A program made the position numbers and the translations under genes. A stretch of DNA of 35,704 bases. It comes from Massilibacteroides sp. Lineage in GTDB: Bacteria > Bacteroidota > Bacteroidia > Bacteroidales > Tannerellaceae. Shown here in pieces: positions 1-10,345 of this stretch. Position 1 is the stretch's first letter; every line of letters starts with the position of its first letter. The notes beneath the pieces were generated by a model. The model made no database searches. It saw only the letters and a list, made by a program, of their open reading frames with translations, and was not told the origin of the DNA. The stretch lies in the NCBI GenBank assembly GCA_036781995.1, contig DAIPZX010000001.1, positions 1 through 35,704 on the forward strand, in the 5' to 3' direction.

Positions 1-2
1 TC

Positions 3-2072
3 CAGGATCTGACTCCCGGAGGAAAGACATACAGTAAGTTTACGGCTCGTACAATAAAGCAACTTCAGTGGTACGGAGACAAGTATTTATATGTAAAAGG
101 AGATAGCGTTTTGTGGGCTCTGCCGGGAAAGACAGAAAGCATCTCTTTTACCCGTGAGGATTTAAATAAAGCACTTGAAGCAGCAGGATTAGATACGATA
201 TCCTCTCTTCCTGCTTTTTCTGTTCCTCAAAAGGCGGTTCCCCGGCTTTTGTTTGTCAGTAAGGGGCACCGTGTTTTATACAATCCGGATGAAAATAAAA
301 TAACGTCTTTCTATAAGCAGGAAAAAGCATGGACCGACTATGCCTTAGCTCCTAAAGGAGGATGGCTGGCGTTTACCACGGGAAATAATATCGGGCTGCT
401 TTCCGCGACTAAAGAAAACAGAACGATTACGAATGAAACCGAAGACGGTATTGTTTGCGGACAGGCGGTTCATCAGCGTGAGTTCGGTATTGATAAAGGG
501 TTGTTTTGGTCTCCTGAAGGCAATGCTTTGGCTTTTTACCGCATGGATGAACGGATGGTGACGGATTATCCGATTGTAGACATTGACCAGCGCTGTGCTG
601 TGGTCAAGCCTTTTAAATATCCGATGGCAGGAATGAAAAGCCATGAGGTGACCGTTGGGGTTTACCATATTGCCGATGGAAAGACCGTCTGGTTGGAAAC
701 CGGCTTGCCGAAAGAGAAATACTTGACCAATATCGGCTGGAGTCCGGATGAAAAGTATATTTATATCGCTGAGTTAAATCGCGAGCAGAACGAATTGAAT
801 CTGGTCTGCTATAATACAGAAACCGGAAAAAAGGAACGTGTTTTATTTACTGAGCAAAACGATCGTTATGTAGAACCGCAGCATCCGGTTTTATTCGTTC
901 CCGGTTCGGATGATCGGTTTGTCTGGCAAAGTCAGCGCGATGGGTATAATCATTTATATCTGTACAATACACAAGGAAAACTGCTGAAGCCATTGACTAC
1001 CGGCGAGTGGCTTGTTAAAGATGTATTGGGCTTTGATAAGAAAGGTCAGCATCTGTTTGTTTCGGCTACCGAAGGAGACGGGCGGGAAACGCATACCTGG
1101 AAAGTAAACCTGAAGAACGGAAAGCGTACTTGCCTTACAACGAATGGAGGCATACATACGGCGCAATTAAATGCCGATGGAGACTTTTTAATAGATATGC
1201 ATGTTTCTCCTTCCATTCCAAGAGAGATCAACCTGCTTGCTGCAAAAGACGGTAAAGTGGTGAAGCAATTGCTTTCCGCCCCGAACCCCTATAAGGATTA
1301 CGCATTACCCGAAGTGCTTGTCGGTCAGCTTAAGGCGGCAGACGGGAATACGGATTTGAATTACCGCTTGGTGAAGCCGGTGGATTTTGATCCCGCGAAG
1401 AAATATCCGGTCATTGTCTATGTCTATGGCGGTCCTCATGCCCAGTTAATCACCGATCGTATGTTGTATGGTGCAGGAGGCTGGGATATTTATATGGCGC
1501 AGAAAGGATATGCCGTATTTACGGTAGACAGCCGTGGATCTGCCAATCGGGGATTCGTTTTTGAAAGCGTGATTCACCGGAATCTGGGTGTAAACGAAAT
1601 GGCGGATCAGATGAAAGGGGTGGAATTTCTGAAAGCGCAACCCTTTATTGACGGAAATCGTATCGGCGTATATGGTTGGAGTTACGGAGGTTTTATGGCG
1701 ACCAACCTGATGCTCACGTATCCGGAGGTGTTTAAAGTAGGTACAGCCGGAGGTCCGGTTATTGACTGGTCGAATTATGAGATCATGTATGGAGAGCGTT
1801 ATATGGATATGCCGCAGGATAATCCTGAAGGCTATGCTAATGCCAATCTAAAATTGAAAGCCGGTAATTTGCAAGGGCGTTTGTTAATGATTCATGGCGC
1901 GATTGATCCGGTGGTGGTCTGGCAGCACAGTCTTGGTTTTATGAAGGCTTGTATAGATGCCGGTACCTATCCCGACTACTTTGTCTATCCTACGCATCAA
2001 CACAATGTGGCAGGAAAAGACAGACCGCATCTTTTTGAAAAGATTGCCCGCTACTTTATAGATTTCTTATAA
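3..2072 (+). CDS. ptpA: Prolyl tripeptidyl peptidase / DPP IV family S9 peptidase (5'-truncated by the window edge)
   Basis: The frame is open from nt 3 ([10 protein letters not shown]...), so the TTG at 111 is internal. DPPIV_N-like propeller segments ([21 protein letters not shown]) and a catalytic triad in GWSYGG (Ser), HGAIDPVV (Asp) and HQHNV (His). The C-terminus closely resembles Porphyromonas PtpA as I recall it. Confidence 0.88.
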   Translation, partial: QDLTPGGKTYSKFTARTIKQLQWYGDKYLYVKGDSVLWALPGKTESISFTREDLNKALEAAGLDTISSLPAFSVPQKAVPRLLFVSKGHRVLYNPDENKITSFYKQEKAWTDYALAPKGGWLAFTTGNNIGLLSATKENRTITNETEDGIVCGQAVHQREFGIDKGLFWSPEGNALAFYRMDERMVTDYPIVDIDQRCAVVKPFKYPMAGMKSHEVTVGVYHIADGKTVWLETGLPKEKYLTNIGWSPDEKYIYIAELNREQNELNLVCYNTETGKKERVLFTEQNDRYVEPQHPVLFVPGSDDRFVWQSQRDGYNHLYLYNTQGKLLKPLTTGEWLVKDVLGFDKKGQHLFVSATEGDGRETHTWKVNLKNGKRTCLTTNGGIHTAQLNADGDFLIDMHVSPSIPREINLLAAKDGKVVKQLLSAPNPYKDYALPEVLVGQLKAADGNTDLNYRLVKPVDFDPAKKYPVIVYVYGGPHAQLITDRMLYGAGGWDIYMAQKGYAVFTVDSRGSANRGFVFESVIHRNLGVNEMADQMKGVEFLKAQPFIDGNRIGVYGWSYGGFMATNLMLTYPEVFKVGTAGGPVIDWSNYEIMYGERYMDMPQDNPEGYANANLKLKAGNLQGRLLMIHGAIDPVVVWQHSLGFMKACIDAGTYPDYFVYPTHQHNVAGKDRPHLFEKIARYFIDFL

Positions 2073-2098
2073 GAAAAACGAATATAAAACAAGAGAAG

Positions 2099-3370
2099 AT
2101 GAGGTTGTTATTATTAGGTTCGGGAGGTCGTGAACATGCGTTGGCATGGAAGATTGCGCAAAGCCCGAAAATTGAGAAGTTGTTTATTGCTCCGGGAAAT
2201 GCTGGTACGGACTTGGTAGGAGAAAACGTGGCGATCAGTGTAACCGATTTTCCTGCGATCAAATCGTTCGTTCTTGACAATGCAATCGATATGGTTGTTG
2301 TCGGACCGGAAGACCCGTTGGTGCGGGGCGTGTATGACTTTTTCAGAGAGGATACTTCATTAACACATATTCCGGTGATAGGTCCTTCCAAAGAAGGCGC
2401 TCAGTTAGAAGGCAGCAAAGACTTTGCTAAAGCATTTATGATGCGACACAACATTCCTACCGCAGGTTATAAAAGCATTACTGCCGGAAACCTTGAAGAA
2501 GGGTATGCTTTCTTAGATTCTTTACAGCCGCCCTATGTGCTGAAAGCAGACGGATTGGCTGCAGGCAAGGGCGTATTGATCCTCGACACAAAAGAGGAGG
2601 CTAAAAAGGAACTGGGCGATATGCTGGGCGGTATGTTCGGAGAAGCGAGTAAGACAGTCGTGATCGAAGAATTTCTTGATGGGATAGAATGTTCTGTCTT
2701 TGTCATGACTGATGGAAACGATTATAAAGTGCTGCCCGTAGCCAAAGATTACAAGCGTATAGGCGAAGGTAATACCGGATTAAATACCGGAGGAATGGGA
2801 TCCATTTCTCCTGTTTCGTTTGCGGGCGACGTGTTTATGCAAAAGGTCGACGAACGTATTATTCGTCCTACTGTGGAAGGATTGAAAGCAGAAAAGATCG
2901 ACTACAAGGGTTTTATTTTTTTAGGGCTTATCTGTGTGCAAGGAGAACCGATGGTGATTGAATATAACTGTAGAATGGGTGATCCGGAAACAGAAGCGGT
3001 TATGCTGCGCGTAGAAAGTGACCTGGTGGAATTGCTGGAAGGTGTGGCTGAAGGAAATTTAGCGTCCCGTATCCTGACAGAAGATCCTCGCTCGGCAGTA
3101 ACTGTTATGCTTGTGAGCGGCGGTTATCCCGAAGCGTATGAAAAAGGGAAAGTAATTACCGGAATTGATGAGGTTGATCAAGATAGTATTGTCTTCCATG
3201 CCGGAACCCAAAACGTAAATGGACAAATCCTAACGAATGGCGGGCGTGTAATCGCAGTTAGCTCATACGGTAAAGATAAAGAGGAAGCCCTTGCCCATTC
3301 TTTTGCCGGAGCTAAGAAGATTGAATTTGACAAAAAATATTTCCGCAGCGATATCGGATTTGATTTATAA
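2099..3370 (+). CDS. purD: Phosphoribosylamine--glycine ligase
   Basis: [62 protein letters not shown] and TNGGRV are all hallmark GARS motifs. Confidence 0.98.
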   Translation: MRLLLLGSGGREHALAWKIAQSPKIEKLFIAPGNAGTDLVGENVAISVTDFPAIKSFVLDNAIDMVVVGPEDPLVRGVYDFFREDTSLTHIPVIGPSKEGAQLEGSKDFAKAFMMRHNIPTAGYKSITAGNLEEGYAFLDSLQPPYVLKADGLAAGKGVLILDTKEEAKKELGDMLGGMFGEASKTVVIEEFLDGIECSVFVMTDGNDYKVLPVAKDYKRIGEGNTGLNTGGMGSISPVSFAGDVFMQKVDERIIRPTVEGLKAEKIDYKGFIFLGLICVQGEPMVIEYNCRMGDPETEAVMLRVESDLVELLEGVAEGNLASRILTEDPRSAVTVMLVSGGYPEAYEKGKVITGIDEVDQDSIVFHAGTQNVNGQILTNGGRVIAVSSYGKDKEEALAHSFAGAKKIEFDKKYFRSDIGFDL

Positions 3371-3378
3371 AGTAGAGA

Positions 3379-4389
3379 ATGGAGAGTAGATATACGGGAT
3401 ATGCTCAGGTAAAGAATGTGTATTCTCCCTTGCTTTTGGTGGGGATAGCATTTGTGAGCCTTGGGTCATGGTTAACCGGTTATCTGTTCTCCGTTGGTTT
3501 TCCTGTTTACGGAGGTGTGAGTGTCGCCCCGTTCTGGAATATGTTTTGTCAGATACTCACCGTAAAGGAAGTAGCTTACTTGCTTGGTTTTCTTCTTATG
3601 ATTGGAGGAGCTCTTTTATTACAGAAATCGAACTATGAACTGGGGCTTATCCGTGAAAAAACAGTATTGCCGCTCTTTCTCAATGTTTTTCTGATCAGCA
3701 CCAATCCTAATTTCTTTCCTTTGAATCCGGCTTCTTTCGGTGTGTTTTTCCTGATAGTTGCGATATGCTATCTTTTTATGGGCTATCATAATAAGGATGC
3801 TCGCGGAACAGCCTATAATATCTCTTTGATTATTTCTTTAGGGAGTTTGCTCTGGATACATATACTTTGGTTTATTCCCTTGTTCTGGTATGGAATGTTT
3901 CGCTTCCGCATGTTGGCGGTTCGTACGTTTTTTGCTTCTTTAATGGGGCTGATGACGATCTATTGGTTCCTGTTGGGCTGGTGTGTCTGGACACATGATT
4001 TCAGCTCGTTCAGTATTTTCTCTTCTTTATTCAAGATTCAGATACTTTCATTGAATTATACGGACTGGGTGAACTGGATAGGCATTTTTTGGGTGGTTAT
4101 CATTACATTGATTGCTGTTGTGAATATTATTTCGCATGATTCAGACGATATTCAGCGTACCCGTCAATATTTGTATCACCTGATTCTATTTGAATTCTGG
4201 TCATTCGGGTTAACTATTTTGTTTGCACAATCGGCAGACGAATTCTTGCAGGTAGCCTGTATTCCTTCTTCGCTTCTGACAGCACATTTCTTCACCTTAG
4301 TCCGGCATCGGTTTGTTCGCTGGTTGCTTTACTTTACGCTTATTCTATTTGTCGTACTTTTATCTTTGAGGCTATGGAACTACTTGTAG
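3379..4389 (+). CDS. Polytopic membrane protein, probably DUF6427 family
   Basis: 336 aa with about 9-10 hydrophobic segments, 8 bp downstream of purD. The family assignment rests on recalled Bacteroidota gene context. Confidence 0.7.
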   Translation: MESRYTGYAQVKNVYSPLLLVGIAFVSLGSWLTGYLFSVGFPVYGGVSVAPFWNMFCQILTVKEVAYLLGFLLMIGGALLLQKSNYELGLIREKTVLPLFLNVFLISTNPNFFPLNPASFGVFFLIVAICYLFMGYHNKDARGTAYNISLIISLGSLLWIHILWFIPLFWYGMFRFRMLAVRTFFASLMGLMTIYWFLLGWCVWTHDFSSFSIFSSLFKIQILSLNYTDWVNWIGIFWVVIITLIAVVNIISHDSDDIQRTRQYLYHLILFEFWSFGLTILFAQSADEFLQVACIPSSLLTAHFFTLVRHRFVRWLLYFTLILFVVLLSLRLWNYL

Positions 4390-4823
4390 AGTATGGCTAT
4401 TGGGGCGTTTTCATCGCCTCTTTCCTTGCTGCGACTGTGCTGCCATTTAGCAGTGAAGTGGTTTTGACGGGAGTTTTGCTGGCAGGAGCTTCCTATTGGC
4501 CTTGTATGATTGCTGCTTCTACAGGCAATTTTCTGGGGGGAATGAGTTGTTATTGGCTGGGTATGCTTGGAAAAATCGAATGGATAGAGAAATACCTCAA
4601 AATGGATAAGGCGAAGATTGAAAAAACACAAGAATGGATCAAGAATAAAGGTTCCTGGATGGCTTTCTTTGTGTTTCTTCCGGGTATAGGCGATTTTATA
4701 GCCGTAGCTCTCGGCTACTTGCGTGCAAATATCTGGATTGTTGCCCTGTCCATGTTTCTGGGGAAAGCCCTGCGCTACTGGATCTGGATGGAGTTTGTGT
4801 ATAAAGTACAGGCTATATTCTGA
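4374..4823 (+). CDS. YqaA family (DedA/VTT, SNARE-associated) membrane protein
   Basis: SFLAATVLPFSSE, GNFLGG, LPGIGD and GKALRY motifs; overlaps the upstream gene by 16 bp. Confidence 0.88.
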   Translation: MELLVEYGYWGVFIASFLAATVLPFSSEVVLTGVLLAGASYWPCMIAASTGNFLGGMSCYWLGMLGKIEWIEKYLKMDKAKIEKTQEWIKNKGSWMAFFVFLPGIGDFIAVALGYLRANIWIVALSMFLGKALRYWIWMEFVYKVQAIF

Positions 4824-4825
4824 TT

Positions 4826-6109
4826 TTATTCGGCTAACCATTGATTGATTTGTCCGATAATCTTTGTTTGCATGTCTTCCGGCATGGTGCTGATGCGCGT
4901 TCTGTGGCTTCCTCGCGGCTGAATATAGATCTGAAGATTCTTTTTCCCTGCTAAATCCGGAATGCGGCTTGCGCTCCAGGGGTCTACTTCTCCATAGATG
5001 AAGATCATTTTAGGGTCGTTTTGTTCCCAGAATGTTTTAACCTTATTGTATAGCGTAGGGTCGAAATGCGTTTCAACCCCTTGCTGGAGCATGATACGAT
5101 TGAAATACCCTTCGCTACTTTGAATGCTGAGCAGCTTGCGGAGAGGAACGGTATTGTATCCGTAATAGCCAAATTCGCGGGATGCCTGTACATTGAATGA
5201 ACCGAAAGGCTGATCCTTTGCAAAATAATCCGGACTACTGATATCCATCAGATGGTCGAATTGCATTTTCGTATTGGCAGACCGGGCAGGGATAACGGAA
5301 AAATCTGTTCCCCATTGCCAGAATGCGAAAGGATATTCGAGAACAATGAAATCCAGTACTTCATCCATGGGAATACGAAATTCCAGTTCTTTTTCCCGGC
5401 AGTAAGCCGTTAGTAGGGGGATGATCTCCTTTCTCTTTTTGAGAACGTTCTTTTGAAAGTTTTCGATGCGCTTGCGTTCTTTTTTTGTGCCTACCTTTTG
5501 TAGGAACAGCTCATGGCGACCATCTTCCAGCGCTCTGTTCCAGGGAGCCACATAGGGGACGGAGAAGTCTACGTCATCCGGAAAGAATGAACGGTACAAT
5601 AGTGTCGTTTGTCCTCCTTTGCTGATGCCTGTACTAATCCACTTGTTGGGATAAATTTCTTTTAGCAAAGAAATGATATGGTGCAGGTCATACGCTGAAT
5701 TTTCGGCGGTCAGATATTCCCAGTTTAACGGTTCGGGAGTTGATTCGAGAAAATAACGATGCTCTACTGTGATCACATTGGTGTTGAACAGACGGGAAAG
5801 CTCTTCCTGGTATGTTTCCCGTAAAGCATAAGCCGCTCCATAACCCTCGGTTACAAGAACGGAAGGACGGTCAAAACCGATATGATTGATGATTACGCGC
5901 TGCGTGAATGTTCCGGCAGAACTGTCTTTCGGATTAAGTAACTGCTTTACCTTAACCACATATTTATTCGCGTAAAGGTCTGAATTCAGTTCTTCTATTT
6001 CACTGATTGCTTCAATCGCCTGCAGTTTCTGTTTTAATTCCTCAGAAGCAGCGAAAATATGAAGGGTGGATAGGAAGACAACCAGCAGCAGTGTTACAAA
6101 CCGTTTCAT
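4826..6109 (-). CDS. Secreted serine aminopeptidase, S28/S37 (PS-10) family
   Basis: Signal peptide from MKRFVTLLLVV (ATG at 6109 preferred over 6130); FTQR, TEGY, VEHRYF, nucleophile GISKGG, DPW and GSH. Confidence 0.85.
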   Translation of the reverse strand: MKRFVTLLLVVFLSTLHIFAASEELKQKLQAIEAISEIEELNSDLYANKYVVKVKQLLNPKDSSAGTFTQRVIINHIGFDRPSVLVTEGYGAAYALRETYQEELSRLFNTNVITVEHRYFLESTPEPLNWEYLTAENSAYDLHHIISLLKEIYPNKWISTGISKGGQTTLLYRSFFPDDVDFSVPYVAPWNRALEDGRHELFLQKVGTKKERKRIENFQKNVLKKRKEIIPLLTAYCREKELEFRIPMDEVLDFIVLEYPFAFWQWGTDFSVIPARSANTKMQFDHLMDISSPDYFAKDQPFGSFNVQASREFGYYGYNTVPLRKLLSIQSSEGYFNRIMLQQGVETHFDPTLYNKVKTFWEQNDPKMIFIYGEVDPWSASRIPDLAGKKNLQIYIQPRGSHRTRISTMPEDMQTKIIGQINQWLAE

Positions 6110-6122
6110 ATTAGTTTCCGTT

Positions 6123-6734
6123 TTAATCAAATAGTTTAAAAATATAACCTTCTTTCTGCAACCATTCTATTGCTTTAGGCAGGGCACCCCGGATATTGCG
6201 TTCGGCTTTTACCGAGTCGTGAAAAACGATAATTGATCCGTTGCGGGTATAGTTTTTTACGACATTGAGAACTCCTCTTGGAGACATGTGCGGACTATAG
6301 TCCCGGGTAACAACATCCCACATAATAATCCGGTATTTCTTCTTCAACCGAAGAATCTGTGGTCTGCGCATATGCCCGTGTGGAGGTCTGAACAAATTGC
6401 TCTTTATCATTTCCGCCGCTTTCTCTACGTTCGCGACATAGTTTTTTGTCCAGTATTTGATTCCCTGTATGTGGTTAAACGTGTGGTTGCCCACCCGGTG
6501 TCCCCTTTCCAGAATCATATTGAAGACCTCGGGGTATCTTCTTACATTGTCGCCTACGCAAAAAAACGTAGCCTTGACCTTATATTTATCGAGTACGTCC
6601 AATACCCAGGGAGTTACCCCGGGTATCGGTCCATCATCGAATGTTAGATATACACATTTTTCTTCCCCCGGTATGCGCCAGGTAACGCCCGGGAATAATA
6701 CCCGGTAAAACCAGGGAGGCTGTTCAATAAACAT
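6123..6734 (-). CDS. Polysaccharide deacetylase (CE4/NodB family)
   Basis: All five CE4 motifs are present: LTFDDGP, NHTFNH, FRPPHG, MWDV and IVFHD. No signal peptide. Confidence 0.93.
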   Translation of the reverse strand: MFIEQPPWFYRVLFPGVTWRIPGEEKCVYLTFDDGPIPGVTPWVLDVLDKYKVKATFFCVGDNVRRYPEVFNMILERGHRVGNHTFNHIQGIKYWTKNYVANVEKAAEMIKSNLFRPPHGHMRRPQILRLKKKYRIIMWDVVTRDYSPHMSPRGVLNVVKNYTRNGSIIVFHDSVKAERNIRGALPKAIEWLQKEGYIFKLFD

Positions 6735-6736
6735 AA

Positions 6737-9700
6737 TTATTTGCCGCGATTCGGAGAATAAGCCATGCGGAAGTTGTCAAATTCTTCCTGGTATTTATCC
6801 ACCAATCCGGAATTATATTGTTTTGCAATTCGCAATACTTCATTCAATATGGCGAGTTCCTGTCTCAGGTCGCTTTCTACAGAAGCTAATTGTTTCGGAC
6901 TCAAACGGAAGAACCAATTAATATTGGTTACCGAATTTGCAGCGATTTGATCGAGTACGTCATCCCCTTTCCCGGCTTCTCCCAAAGCATGGTATAATTC
7001 GCCAAGCGTAAGCGCGGAGTAGTCCATCGGCACATTTTCCGGCGGCAATACTTCCATACATCTATCCAATACCTGGGTTGCTTTTTCCGTGTCTCCTTCA
7101 TTTGCAAGTGTAGCGGCTAATCTGCCGAATAAAATCATACGGTAGCTTCTACACATGCGTAAGGCATTTTCATCCAGATAAATGCCGGGTTTGTCCACAC
7201 CGCCCCATTTGAATTTATTCATTACGTTATCATACATTCTTTCGGAATTAATAGCGAGATCAGAGTCTTTTGTTGCCAGAGGAACGATTTGATTAGCCAA
7301 TCCGGTTTGTTGGAAGTAACCGTCTAAGTTTACATATTGATCAGAGCTTACGGTAACGGCATAATAAATCGGACGTTTCCAGTTATTCGTCTGCAACATG
7401 TTCAGAACGATCAATTCGTGCTTGCCCAAAGCATTTTTATCAGACAGGTCTATCTTCATTTCGGGAAGCATATACGGTACATGATCCGGTGAAAGAACTT
7501 GGTTTTTAATCACTTCGTTTGAATCGACTTTCAGCGTCAATACATTGGCGGGGATAAAGTCCATTTCCTGATCTAATCCGGGTATCTTCTTGTATCTCGG
7601 GTCATTGCTTTGAACAAAATTTAAAGCCGTACCCAGATCAATTGCCTGGTCTGTCATCGGGTATACGTAGGCAACATCACGCGTGCCTTGCACATAATCC
7701 GCGCGATTCCAGGAAATAGGCAGTGGGTCCGATTCGTATGCCTGGCGCTTCATCTGATCGATATACCAGTCTGTTTGCAAGTAGCTGGTGTTGCATACGC
7801 GCACGTCTGTACGAATTCCTTCTACCTCCTGCGCGTACCAAAGCGGGAAGGTGTCGTTGTCGCCGTTTGTGAATATGATCGAATTGGGTTCGCATGATTC
7901 GAGGTAATTATGACCGAAGTCTCTGGCTAAGTAGCGTCCTGAGCGATCATGATCGTCCCAGTTCTGACCTGCCATCTGGAAAGGCACGAACAACGCTGCA
8001 AGGGTTGCCGCAGCGGCCGCGGCGACAGCCGGAAGTTTGGCATAACGCTCCAATCCTTTCGCCAGCGCGGCTACTCCGAATCCCACCCAGATGCAGAACG
8101 CATAGAATGAGCCGGCATAGGCATAATCCCGTTCACGCGGTTGATAGGGAGTCTGGTTCAGATACAATACAATCGCGATTCCGGTCATAAAGAAAAGGAA
8201 GAATGTGATCCAGAAAGACTGGATACCTTTCTTGTCTGAATAAGCCTGGAAGAAGATGCCTAATAAACCCAGCAACAGCGGGAACATATAATATACATTG
8301 TGTCCTTTATTCTTCGCGATGTCAACGTGCATGTCGTCTTGCGGACCGATCAAGGCATTGTCAATAAATTTAATACCGGTAACCCAGTTGCCGTTCAATA
8401 CTTCGCCATGTCCCTGGATATCGTTTTGTCTGCCGGAGAAATTCCACATGAAATAACGCCAGTACATAAAGTTCAGTTGGTAGTTGAAGAAGAAACGGAT
8501 GTTTTCAGCGAAAGTAGGCTTCATAACCGTAACCTGTTCGCCGCAGCGGTCGTATTTTACAGGTGTTCCCTTGAAATCAGTCCATTCCTTATAAGCCCCG
8601 ACGTGTGCTTCCTGGCCGCTGTGCATACGTGGGAAAAGCATATTCAGTTCTTCTGCATATGTATATTCCGTTTCATGCCGGGAGATATAATAGCTGTCTT
8701 TTTCGTTTTTGTCTTGTTTGATTACGCGACTCCAGACGGGGGCTCCTTCTTTACTTACCGCCACGCAATTGCTTCCTTGTCTTTCGCGTTTTACTTCCGA
8801 TACGAACGTTTCCCCGTAGATCAACGGAGTCTTTCCGTACTGTTCGCGGGCAAGATAAGTACGCAGCGTGAAGATATCTTTCGGTGAGTTCTGATCCATC
8901 GGAGTTCCCGCCTCAGAACGCACCATGATCAGTGCATAAGAAGAATAGCCAACCACAATAACCAGTAAGGAAACAAGGATTGTATTCAATGTTTTTACAT
9001 TGACCTTTTTACTCTTGAAAAGGAAGAATGAAAGTGCGGCAATCAGAATAATACCCAAAACGTAACCGCTTCCGATGAAAGGAATACCTAAAAGGATAAC
9101 GGATAAGATAAATGTGATCTTAAGTCTTGTCTCGTTTACTTTCTCGCGCATGGTTTCATAGATAGACCAGCCAAGCAGTCCGGAGAGGATAATCAGGTAA
9201 GCGAATACCCCTGAGTTGTAGCCCATGCCGAACGTGTTGACAAACAGAAGCTCGAACCATCCGCAAACTTCCACAAGCCCTTGCACCACACCATACATCA
9301 TTAAGGCTACAATAGCGAAAGAGATGAGCAGCGCGATCAGGGTTCCCTTCATGGTCGGGTTTTCAAATTTCTTATAATAGTAAACCAAAACAATGGCAGG
9401 GATACACAGTAAGTTCAATAAGTGAACGCCGATACTTAAGCCCATGAGGTAGGCGATCAATACGATCCAACGATCGGCATGCGGTTTGTCGGCTGCGCTT
9501 TCCCATTTCAGGATCAACCAGAATACCACTGCGGTAAACAGTGATGAATAGGCATAAACCTCACCCTCTACGGCGCTAAACCAGAAGGTGTCGCTGAATG
9601 TATAAACCAACGCGCCAACCAAACCACTACCCATGATTGTGATCAATTGGGCAGTTGTCATTTCCTGTCCGTCTTTCAACACCACTTTGCGGGCAAGGTG

Positions 9701-9994
9701 GGTAATGCTCCAGAAGAGGAACAAAATAGTCAGTCCGCTGAACAATGCCGACATCGTATTGACCATCAGCGCCACTTGGGAAGGATCTGATGCCAATTGC
9801 GTAAACAAATTGGCTGTCAACATAAAGAACGGTGCTCCGGGAGGGTGCCCTACTTCTAATTTATACGCTGATGAAATAAACTCTCCGCAGTCCCAAAAAC
9901 TGGCTGTCGGTTCCATTGTCATTAAATACGTGCAGGAGGCGATCAGGAAAGAAAGCCATCCCAGCGTATTATTAATCAATTTATACTTTCCCAT
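6737..9994 (-). CDS. DUF2723 / TMEM260-like GT-C membrane glycosyltransferase
   Basis: WDCGEF, HPPGAP, AVEGEVY, GVHLLNLL, PRERDY and GDNDTFPLWY; many TM helices and a helical TPR-like C-terminus. Start placed at ATG 9994 (MGKYK) because the TTG at 10060 lies inside the -7 promoter box. Confidence 0.88.
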   Translation of the reverse strand: MGKYKLINNTLGWLSFLIASCTYLMTMEPTASFWDCGEFISSAYKLEVGHPPGAPFFMLTANLFTQLASDPSQVALMVNTMSALFSGLTILFLFWSITHLARKVVLKDGQEMTTAQLITIMGSGLVGALVYTFSDTFWFSAVEGEVYAYSSLFTAVVFWLILKWESAADKPHADRWIVLIAYLMGLSIGVHLLNLLCIPAIVLVYYYKKFENPTMKGTLIALLISFAIVALMMYGVVQGLVEVCGWFELLFVNTFGMGYNSGVFAYLIILSGLLGWSIYETMREKVNETRLKITFILSVILLGIPFIGSGYVLGIILIAALSFFLFKSKKVNVKTLNTILVSLLVIVVGYSSYALIMVRSEAGTPMDQNSPKDIFTLRTYLAREQYGKTPLIYGETFVSEVKRERQGSNCVAVSKEGAPVWSRVIKQDKNEKDSYYISRHETEYTYAEELNMLFPRMHSGQEAHVGAYKEWTDFKGTPVKYDRCGEQVTVMKPTFAENIRFFFNYQLNFMYWRYFMWNFSGRQNDIQGHGEVLNGNWVTGIKFIDNALIGPQDDMHVDIAKNKGHNVYYMFPLLLGLLGIFFQAYSDKKGIQSFWITFFLFFMTGIAIVLYLNQTPYQPRERDYAYAGSFYAFCIWVGFGVAALAKGLERYAKLPAVAAAAAATLAALFVPFQMAGQNWDDHDRSGRYLARDFGHNYLESCEPNSIIFTNGDNDTFPLWYAQEVEGIRTDVRVCNTSYLQTDWYIDQMKRQAYESDPLPISWNRADYVQGTRDVAYVYPMTDQAIDLGTALNFVQSNDPRYKKIPGLDQEMDFIPANVLTLKVDSNEVIKNQVLSPDHVPYMLPEMKIDLSDKNALGKHELIVLNMLQTNNWKRPIYYAVTVSSDQYVNLDGYFQQTGLANQIVPLATKDSDLAINSERMYDNVMNKFKWGGVDKPGIYLDENALRMCRSYRMILFGRLAATLANEGDTEKATQVLDRCMEVLPPENVPMDYSALTLGELYHALGEAGKGDDVLDQIAANSVTNINWFFRLSPKQLASVESDLRQELAILNEVLRIAKQYNSGLVDKYQEEFDNFRMAYSPNRGK

Positions 9995-10057
9995 AAAATT
10001 GTATAAAGTGGTAATTAGTTGCTTGTTAAATTTATCTGATAATTGAAAAATCGAATG

Positions 10058-10065
10058 CAAAGGTA
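10058..10065 (-). promoter_or_regulatory. Bacteroidota -7 promoter element for the DUF2723-deacetylase-peptidase operon
   Basis: Minus strand TACCTTTG(CA) matches TAnnTTTG, about 63 nt upstream of ATG 9994. Confidence 0.7.
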
Positions 10066-10223
10066 ATACTTACATGTTAATTCTAACGGTCGTTATATAT
10101 AAATCGTATGCTGTTCTTTTGTTTAACATAAAAAACAGGCTTTTTTAAGTTAAAAAATGGTTAGTTACAGCTTTAAAAAGACGAATTTGAAAGATGCTGA
10201 AAATCAATATTTGTTTAGGGCGT

Positions 10224-10309
10224 AAAAAACATAACTATGAATTCGGAAGTTTATAGTTATGTTTTCCCGAATTCATAGTTATGTTTTTTTTAATTCATAG
10301 TGATGTTGA
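10224..10309. repeat. 22-bp-period palindromic repeat array, family A, copy 1
   Basis: CATA-NN-TATG-type cores start at 10230, 10252, 10274 and 10296. Contains a perfect 23-bp inverted repeat (10224-10246 / 10267-10289). Confidence 0.92.
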
Positions 10310-10345
10310 AAAATGTGGTTACTCTCCCCTCCAAAAAATGAATTG

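Noticed and set aside
9995..10060. Extended ORF-track starts (10060, 6130, 11089, 20914, 27936) and the internal start at 111
   Set aside because: They overlap promoter boxes or neighbouring genes, or precede a better ATG with a proper signal peptide. For the first gene the frame is open to the window edge.
10141..10157. TTTTTTAA-G-TTAAAAAA palindrome
   Set aside because: Pure A/T arms in an AT-rich spacer are expected by chance.
10224..10309. 22-bp arrays (also 20467-20546 and 35650-35704) as CRISPR arrays
   Set aside because: The total period is 22 bp with only 8-12-bp low-complexity linkers, there are no unique ~30-bp spacers, units change orientation, and no cas genes are present.
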